A stretch of DNA of 61,045 nt, filler included, from Hausera hauseri (taxonomy: Eukaryota), in the NCBI GenBank assembly GCA_046269625.1. It is 11 parts of 11 records of this genome, joined end to end, with 100 filler letters (N's around TTAATTAATTAA, not from the genome) between each part and the next. Parts side by side here need not be neighbours in the genome. Positions count along the whole stretch, not along the records: positions 52,018 to 56,570 come from JBJURY010530566.1; positions 56,671 to 61,045 come from JBJURY010611111.1; 9 more parts are not named here. The stretch is one strand, 5' to 3'. The notes under the pieces are model-generated. The model saw only the letters and a program-made list of their open reading frames with translations. It searched no databases and was not told where the DNA came from. Position 1 is the first letter of the stretch. Each line of letters opens with the position of its first letter. Positions 52,569 through 61,045 of the stretch are shown piece after piece. Position numbers and translations under genes: made by a program.

Positions 52569-54269
52569 TGGAATTCAATAAATGTTGTTTGTTGATCTTT
52601 TCTACGTCATATTTGTATTTTCCATTTTTTCCAATTGTAAAGTTTGAATTTTGAGCAGTGTTGGTAACTTAAATCATAAGATGAAATTCTCCATCAAATT
52701 TCCAATATTTTGATGTTCATAAATGACATAAAAAGGCACTTCCTAGATATATAGTTCAAATTTCCATAGCTACAAAGGTGATGTTTTTGTGCAAAGACAA
52801 TATGTGAATATGATTGGATTATATTATTTTATACATGTATACACATACAATTGACTCAACTTATAACAGCAAACATTTCAGTCTTTTTAATATACGTGAG
52901 TCGTTCAAAAAGTTCGTGGAAAAATTATTCGTAGGATTCTGTGAAACTTTCACATTTGTTTGCATAATTTGCATTCAAAACAAATAAAAAGTAAAAGTGT
53001 GCTTAACTCTACAGGGTATCCCAGAACGCGACGATAAGCTGGCAACAGGAGAAAGGCCTACTTGTACCGACACCTTAAGAAAAAAATTAGCGTTCTATGT
53101 ACTACGGCTCTCGAGTATCAGCCATTTTAATAAAAATCTAAAAAGTCGCTACCCTCAGAGAACCTCAACTTTGACACCTAAGATTATATCAGTAAATCAA
53201 TAAATAAAGCAGATCTATAAGGAAAACAACAGGCTAATTTAAAACATTTATTAAATTAAATAAATGTTCAAATTGTCTTGCCTCAGCTCTAATGCATGTT
53301 CTACATCTTAAAAAGATCTTTTCACGAGTCTAGCACATCCTTTTCTGCTGATTTGATCTGCACCTTCATTTATTCTCTTCCATAGTTCAGTTATGTTTTC
53401 CACTGGTTTTGGTATACAAATTCCTTCATGTGGCCCTATCGTATATGAATTTATCTGGAACGATGGCTCAGGAATGTTTGGAAGCTCCAACTTATTATCG
53501 ACAATAGTTACGAGACTCCCGTAATCGTAAAAATAAAATGTATAGGTTGATCTTCTTGGATGACACATTAGAAAATGAAGGAATGATGGAAATTGTATTA
53601 ACGTAAAAAAATTATCGTACTGATACAAAGTAAAAAAGCGAGTATTTTTAATATTAAAACAACAAAATCAAAATAAGGTCAGGTGAATCACACTATCATG
53701 CACTAACCCCCATGACTCCGTTATTTTTGATGTGGTACGCCGTTTTGAAGAATTTTGAATGTACAAATTTGAAAAAATATTCTTTTTTATTTTGAATGTA
53801 CAAATTTATTTAAATAATTCGGGTTCGGTGATACTGAATAATTTACATCAATCTCTGTTACTTCCAATTTTAAATTATTCGTAAAATAATACTAAATCCT
53901 AACGGAAACTGTACAAAAATATATTCAATGAAAATTAATTGCCTTTTGCTACTTGTTTCTTCACAGGCGTTTATTCAGTCATTATATACATCAACTTTTT
54001 AACTTAAATAATTTATTCTTGTTTGATAATCTTCGAGTCAAATTTTGCATTTGATGTATCCGGCATTTTTACCACGATTTAATTGAACATTACGAGATTC
54101 ATCATGATATCCACAATATTTTAGACTAAATTTCAAATTGTAAAGTAATTTTTTCTAACGTAATGTTGTTGAGATATGTTTTACATCAGATCGATAATTG
54201 GTGATGAGCATTAAGATATTGATATAGACTGTTCGGCTGCCAAATATACACAGACCAAAAGGTAAAAAG

Positions 54270-54358
54270 GCAGGACGAAAACCGTGCCGGCTTAGCTGTA
54301 CCGAACGGTGACCCGATTGCCAAAAATGGAGGACCATGTCCTAGACCGTGGCACTACA
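54270..54358 (-). repeat. GC-rich LTR-start-like motif (TGTAGTGCCACGG...)
   Basis: Same TGT(A/G)GTGC start and GC-rich block as the other family-B termini, but more diverged. Confidence 0.4.
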
Positions 54359-54399
54359 TTGTCACTCGCGGCTTTATCATTACAAAGTCGAATGACATG

Positions 54400-56570
54400 A
54401 TTTACTTCTCGGGGAGATGATTCATATCGACTCCTGCAGCCCTAAAGCACTATAAAACTGTAGTAAATGTAGAAAATAATAGCGATAAATACTGTTTTCT
54501 TTACAGCATTTCGGCCGTATTAAAATATGACAATGTGCCCAGAAATCGTGCAAATCGTTCAAAGCAATATCGTCAGTATTTTTCTGAACTGGACTTTGAT
54601 GAAAGCTGGATGCCGATGAAACTCAAAACCATTCAGGCTTTTGAACGGCGTAATCCGACTCTGTCAATCAACGTTTTCCGGTACAACTCGGTAATAAAAA
54701 TACCGGCAAACGAAGGAATTTACAAGAATCCTCACGTGGACATAATCTATCGAAGTCGGAACCCGAATGAACGTCCAATATACCTGTTGCTGTTGGAGCA
54801 GACGGAAAAATTTCATTACGTGACCATAACACATCTGGACAGACTGCTGAACATGGACCATGACCAGTTCATCCAAAAACAAATACGCTGCAAATGGTGC
54901 CCTATATGTTTGCATGACTTCAGATCAGAATCAACACGGAAAATACACTTGGCGTTATGCAGGCGAAACATATCGGTAATAACAATGTACGTTATGCCCA
55001 TCAAAAAGGAGCTGAGATTTAGTGACTGGTCGAAAACGGACAGTACGGCATATGGGGTTTATGCCGATATTGAAGCAATTCTACCGCAGCACAACGTATA
55101 CGACTAAAAGCACATTTTAATCGCCGTCGGTATGTTGAAAGTACCAATAAAAACCACGGGACAACCGCAGTATTACATTTTCCACGGATGGAGGCAATAT
55201 TGGAAGCGGAAATCGCACCGTTGTACAGTAACAACAACACTTAGCCTCTCATTTGGACAGACGAGGACGAACGCCTTACGTTTGCAGTCACAGATAAATG
55301 CTACCTGTGCCACAAAATGTTACCATTCGATAAACAGGAACGGCTCGTACCTGATCACGACCACTTTACCGGACGATACCTGGGAGCAGAATGCAATTCA
55401 TGCAATTTAGCACATCGTGTGCGACTATTCCTGTCTGTGATATTTCATAACTTCAAGGGTTATGATTGTCACCATATTTTGAAATGGACTATTAATTGAT
55501 TTCCACAATGGGAACTGTCCATAATCCCAACGACGATGGAGAAATACCTGTCTCTGTCGGCACGCATAAATCTGTTCCAGGTGCGATTCCTTGACTTATT
55601 ACAGCTCCTCAATGAGTCTCTAGCAAAGCTAGTAAATGCCTTGCTGGATGTGCCGTTAACATTAACGCAGTTTTTAATGCATATTGCATGTAGTAAAGGC
55701 ATATTCCCATATGACTTTGCTGTATCGTACGAGCGGATTCAGACAACAGAGGAATTGCAGCCGCAGTGGCCCAATGTAACAGAAGATGAATATCGCAGAG
55801 CACAGGAATCTTGGTCAGAGCTCGGCTGCAGAAGCCTACTGTATTACATGCTCCAGTATCTGAAACTGGACATGTACTTGCTGGCCGACGTGTTTCAGAC
55901 ATTTTGGACTAAGGTGTTGGCGGAAGATAGGCTGTAGTGGCTCAACTTTTACTCCATAAAGGGAATGAGTTGGACGTCGGCTCTGATATCACTGGACCGG
56001 GACACTGAGCTGTTGCAAGACCCAGAAATGTACCGAATGTTTGATGTTGGTATTCGTGGCAGAATCACGTTTGTCAACAAGTACCACGTACCCAGTGATG
56101 ATAACACCACATCACTGCGGTACATTGATATTAATAACCTGTACGGCTGGGCGCTTTCGCAACCCTTGCCGTACTCTTTATTTGAATGGTTAACGGACAA
56201 GCAAGATCTGGAGGCAATATTGGAAAATTTACCGAGAGTAGACACGACAGAAAATAGCTCAATCGGCTACCTATGGAAGTTGATCTCGTGGTACCGGATG
56301 AGTTGCATGACGCTGTGGACCAATTACCTGTCGCAACAATCAGCCAATGTCCGTTAGGCGGCTCAAAGTTAAAGAAACTCTTCATGACGCATGAACCGAA
56401 GCTGAATTACGTGGTCAACTGGCGTCTGCTACACTTCTACATGCAGCTCGAAGTACGCGTCACACAGCTGCATCACGCAATCAAATTCAATCAGGTGCCG
56501 ATATTCAAGGCATACATTGACGGACATTAGGAAAAATAAGTCGTAGCTTGAACAAAGTTCGAAAAGGACT
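54400..56570 (+). mobile_element. Degenerate Polinton/Maverick-type protein-primed family B DNA polymerase with endonuclease-VII-like insert
   Basis: D.YCFLYSI, SINVF, VYADIEAIL (exonuclease I), DHDHFTGRYLGAECNSCNL, FHNFKGYDCH, KGIFPYD, YIDINNLYGWALSQPLP. Confidence 0.85.
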
Positions 56571-57073
56571 NNNNNNNNNNNNNNNNNNNNNNNNNNNNNN
56601 NNNNNNNNNNNNNNTTAATTAATTAANNNNNNNNNNNNNNNNNNNNNNNNNNNNNNNNNNNNNNNNNNNNAAAATGTAATTAACATCACTGCTGGTGAAA
56701 GTGGAGCGCTGTACTCACATGAACACCCTCCACCCCCCACTTCCACACTAGGTCACCAACATTGGACATTGACCTCCTTTCTTGGTGCTTAAAATGGTTG
56801 GTTAACTTCAATCTCGCCGCTGCCTCAGTCTTCACACAAATTACACAAAGATGAAAAAAGGGATCTCAAACCAAGCTTGCATAAGAGCTATCCTGAGTGA
56901 TCCTAACTACCTTTACAATTTCATTTTTTAAAAACTTACTTTGGCATGTCGAAAAACTTTGTACCTCACAGATATAAATATGGTGTGCATGTTTATCAAA
57001 CACCATAGCATTTCAGTATCATTTGTAAGCATGTTTCTTGTGAAACACCAGCTAACGTGTTTAAATGTTGCAG

Positions 57074-57159
57074 GTGCCTTGAAGCAGTATTTGAGAGAGC
57101 TGCCAGAACCTTTGCTCACTTACAAGCTATTTGATGATTTTATTCAAACTGCCACATTG
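57074..57159 (+). CDS. RhoGAP-domain exon
   Basis: GALKQYLRELPEPLLTYKLFDDFI bounded by TGCAG and GTAAGT. Confidence 0.85.
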
Positions 57160-57275
57160 TAAGTATTTAAAGTCGTGTTTGTTTTGCACCAATGTTTATG
57201 ATGATTTAAGATGCGGTGATTTACACAAAGAGATAAAACTAATTCACAACAAAATTGTTTCCAGAAATAACCTAC

Positions 57276-57514
57276 CTGCAAACGCTTTGCGGGATGGTAT
57301 TTAGAAGCCAACTCTTTAGCTCCAGTATGCCGCGGACCCCATCTATACGATTTAGCACCATTCGTTTCGTCTGCCGTCTACAATTCGATAAATTAAAACA
57401 ACAAAGAATTTAACAAACTTGATATGATTCACTGACATCTCTAATTGATTCTTCTACCATGGAATTCTGGCAAATGTTGGCACTTAAATCGCCTTCTGCA
57501 GACAAATCTGACAT
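57276..57514 (-). CDS. PEDS1: First two exons of plasmanylethanolamine desaturase TMEM189/Kua-like gene (57514-57419, 57377-57276)
   Basis: Splicing across a 41-nt GT-AG intron gives ...ICQNSMVEE...YRWGPRHTGAKELASKYHPAKRLQ, matching TMEM189 RWG.QH.GA.ELA..Y..GKRLQ. Confidence 0.75.
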
Positions 57515-58571
57515 ATTCAACTGACCTATATTTTAATAAGTTCCATAACTAATCGTTTACTATTATGTATATCTTAAAATTCTGCATAATTTTTGCAGCA
57601 AAAATGATAAGTGCAATACTAAATAATAATACTTAAATAATTAAAAAATAACTAAATAGTATCACACAAATTATATAATAAATTTCTTAAATAGAAATTC
57701 GTTATTACTTGATATCGTTAACTTGATGTAAGGTCAATACAATAAAGAGAATACAAAACTACAACAGCTACAGTTGTGACCGACATTCTTTTAACTTATT
57801 TTTTACGATATAGGTCATTTTAACTTTTTGGCAAGAGACAAAAATTAGGAAAACATCATCCATTTCATATTCTAGAAATATTTTTTCAATCGATTTTTTT
57901 TCAATAGATTCTCCTTAAAAATTACCAACATTAGTTTGAACTAAAAGCAATATATAAATAAGCACAGCTACTGAATTAATCTAGTACAATTTTCACACTA
58001 AAAAGTTCAGAAATTATGAACTTTTATACGTATATCATTAAAATCAAATTTAAAAATTAAAAATATCCGAAATATACGTAAAACTAGTTCAATGAAGTAA
58101 CAAACAAGCAAAAAACGGCATTACACAAATACTTTAAAGCTTGATACATGAATTGCTAGAACTGTCATAATTGTGAAAAAATAACAATTTTAATTTAAGT
58201 AAAATTGTTGCCAATAGTTGCTGAGGTTTCCTTATTATCTTTATCAGAATTGCTGATTTGACTTTATTAATACGTTTTTCTATTTTTTAGGTTACAAATA
58301 ACAAAGTTTTGATTAAATAACAAATCACTATAATAGTGCCATCAATTGCTATGCTAGCATTTGTCCTGAAAAATTTAATGTAACAAAGCTTAATGTTTGT
58401 AACGTTTTTTTAAAATTAGTATATTGTAAATTTATAGTTCATTTAATTTTCTAAACAATTCTAAACCTTGTAAACAAATTGGATTAAATTTATACTACTT
58501 ACAAATGTAAGTAGAATAATTGTATTGTATATACCTATTTTTAGAATAACTCAAGAAAAGATTATATGTAG

Positions 58572-58642
58572 AATGAGAATGAGCAACCAATAGGAATAGA
58601 GTACAAATATAGATGTAATATGATTGGTTGCTCATTCTCATT
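58572..58642. repeat. Perfect 20-bp inverted repeat with 31-nt loop upstream of Rep
   Basis: AATGAGAATGAGCAACCAAT (58572-58591) pairs with ATTGGTTGCTCATTCTCATT (58623-58642). Confidence 0.9.
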
Positions 58643-58792
58643 TTGTATAAGAAATTGTTCAAGTTCAATTTATAAACAAGGCCAGTGAGTAATTAATCAT
58701 AATTATTTGATGTACTTTCAAGACATAATGATGTATATGAGAAATTGTATAAATTTGAAAATAATTTATGCATTTTCTCATATTACTAAAAA

Positions 58793-60363
58793 ATGTCTCA
58801 ATCATCGTCGTCTCAATTATTAAATAGAAGCCAAAGGAATGAACAAGTATATTTTTTAATTTTTTTTTAAATTTAAATTTTAAATTAAATTTTAAAGGGA
58901 TATCGAACGAATTTCACAGTAGCCAATGCGATTAACGGGCAATATGTCAGATTGTTTCCAGATAGTCACGATAACTATGCCAGAGCCTTGCAATTCCGTT
59001 TTCCAGATCCTATTCATGATTTGGTAGTCCCACCCGAAGGTGCTACCTTCAGGCATTTTATGACTGTTATCAAGTATGACGATTCTCTAGATATTTGTAA
59101 TTACATTTCAAATTTTGTTCGTTTGTCGTTACTGTATAAATTTTACATGAAGATGGTGGAAGATACGTCTTATACCGGTTTCCATCACCTTCATTTTTTG
59201 TTTTATTTGCGCAACCCTATGCGGTTGCATCGCTTTCGCGCTGTCTTTGGTTTTAATTATGTAATTCCATTTAAGGGTGATGTTTTCGCAGTGTACAAAT
59301 ACCATCAGAAAGACATCACCCCTAATATTTTTATGTTGCAAATAGGTAATCCTCCCATCGATGTTAATAAGGAAAACACGTCTAGAAAAGCGCTTTATAG
59401 GATGTTTGATGACGCTCCCTCGGTCAGTGAGGCCATGCACATAATGAAGGAAGGTGACCGAGCGGAGTTTGTCACAAGGCATAAAATGCTTCAGTCGTAT
59501 GTTAATAGTAAATTTAGGCCCAAGATTAATATTAATGCTGATTATGTGTTTACGTTGCCTCCATTGATCTTAGGTTAGAGAGGGGTGTTAATACGGCGTT
59601 GATTTTTGGGAGTAGCAACATAGGGAAAACCTGTTACGCCATGTCTCATGGCAAGAATCCCCTGATATTGCATAGCCTCCATGACACTCCAGCTGAGTGG
59701 TCATCGGAGTTTGACTTGATTATTTTCGACGATGTCGGGTTCAGCGATGTCTGCCCAGACATTTTTCTCTCCATAGTTCAGTGCAACCACGTACACGACA
59801 ATAGGTCGATACGTGGTTTGTACAAGAGTGTCGTTGTCCCATCTTCCGTTCGTGTCATATTCACGTATAATAGCCAGTCATCCTTTTGGCCTCGAAGGAT
59901 GGATTTGAGCCAAAAAGAGGCTTGCTTGAAACGATGTCTCCTGTACGATTTAGGGGATTTTATGCTCTGTCGTACAGGGGAGAATAGAGATCGATTTCTT
60001 CAAGAGAATAGGGTGGATTTCCGCAGGTTGGCAGATGAATTCAGTGAGCCACCTGCTATTCCAATTAATATTCCTGTTAATCAGTCGTTAAGTGTGAATG
60101 TTAGTGATGGTGAGGATTACCGAGATGATTCTATGCTGTCTACACCTGTTGTAAATATGGACAATCTTGTAAATTATCGCCCTGCATATCACAGTGAAGT
60201 TTTGTCCTCTTATCATATGTGTGATGAGGGGTGTTATGTACCACCTGCGGTGGATTATCTTAATACTGGTAGTAGTGCTGGAAGTGTTAATACAGCACCG
60301 GCTTATGTCAGATACACAGATATTGATGTTGATTTCGGCATTGACAATCATATCACATTGTGA
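58793..60363 (+). CDS. CRESS-DNA-virus-like Rep (HUH endonuclease + SF3 helicase), with a 51-nt intron and one frameshift near 59565
   Basis: Motif I RHFMTV, motif II HHLHF, motif III YHQK; Walker A GSSNIGKT, Walker B IIFDD, motif C IFTYN; exon 1 (58793-58846) splices in frame to 58898. Confidence 0.85.
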
Positions 60364-60441
60364 TTGGTTGCTCAATGTGTGTGTTTGTCAATATGTTAAT
60401 ATATATTCATTTTGTATTTTCGTGTTCTTATTTATTTTGTT

Positions 60442-60831
60442 ATGGCTATTAGTCCCGGCTTTCTATCTAATCTATTGCGTTTAAATTATTCGGTGGATTC
60501 AATGTGCGACCATCTTCGAAATATTGAGTCTCGGGGTAACCTTCCTCCGGAAGAACATACCGATTTGCAACATGTGGTTCGATTGGCAGTGTACAATTTC
60601 GAAATGATGAAAAGAATATTATGCCAATATGACAAGCTCAGTGGGGAATACGGGATTGATGATCCGCTGCATTTGTGCCGCATCCTGAAATCTTATGTCG
60701 ACAATGAGGAAGTGCGGGATATCTATAATAGTCCCAATGTTTTAGCGGAGGATATATGCGACAATCTTCACCGGAATGAGATATTGTGTAGTCAGTCGCC
60801 CTTCCCCGTGTGGATGGATTGTTACAGATGA
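60442..60831 (+). CDS. Orphan ORF (about 129 aa) downstream of Rep
   Basis: Open frame from ATG 60442, same GC-richer composition as Rep, followed by AATAAA signals. Confidence 0.5.
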   Translation: MAISPGFLSNLLRLNYSVDSMCDHLRNIESRGNLPPEEHTDLQHVVRLAVYNFEMMKRILCQYDKLSGEYGIDDPLHLCRILKSYVDNEEVRDIYNSPNVLAEDICDNLHRNEILCSQSPFPVWMDCYR

Positions 60832-61045
60832 ATGGCTCGAAACTGATGAATAATTGTATATATGTTAAATAAAATTTTTCACCTTCTTACATTTGTTTTA
60901 CGACCTTTGTTAGTAAAAAGACAAGACATATATTTTTCATAATAAAACACATATATTTGTACAACATCACACATATTGGCTTATAAGCCATTCTATACAA
61001 TAATTTCCACACAACATAGTCAATGGATTTTGATACATAATGTTA

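Noticed and set aside
1-61045. Functional linkage between elements on different contigs
   Set aside because: Contigs are concatenated arbitrarily; only within-contig order and cross-contig homology were used

Overview
Eukaryotic, AT-rich DNA made of 11 unrelated contigs joined by an artificial 100-nt linker (44 N + TTAATTAATTAA + 44 N), so gene order across linkers has no meaning. Most contigs come from a compact-intron invertebrate (introns about 40 nt): a fibrillar collagen gene, an RBBP4/7-like last exon, the first TMEM189/PEDS1-like exons and a RhoGAP exon. Contig 46024-51917 looks different and may be co-sequenced host or contaminant DNA. Three systems stand out. (1) Three decayed copies of a Ty3/gypsy family whose inferred polyprotein runs ubiquitin-like domain - signal peptide - chuvirus-type glycoprotein - TM - protease - RT - RNase H - integrase - second signal peptide, i.e. 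env sits upstream of and in frame with the protease, with no gag between them. (2) A second gypsy family whose conserved GC-rich TGT(A/G)GTG LTR start and tRNA-Leu-type PBS are followed by co-oriented, intronless, chimeric host-gene pieces (CCT6, AARS, VPS13B, PAQR3, EXOC6); a related gag-bearing contig carries an in-frame PPM1D-FRY-DPAGT1 fusion. (3) An endogenous CRESS-virus-like Rep (HUH + SF3 helicase) with a 51-nt spliceosomal intron, an upstream 20-bp hairpin and an orphan partner ORF. Mariner, Harbinger-like, LINE and Polinton-type PolB relics are also present. All family calls are from motif recognition by eye; no database searches were run.
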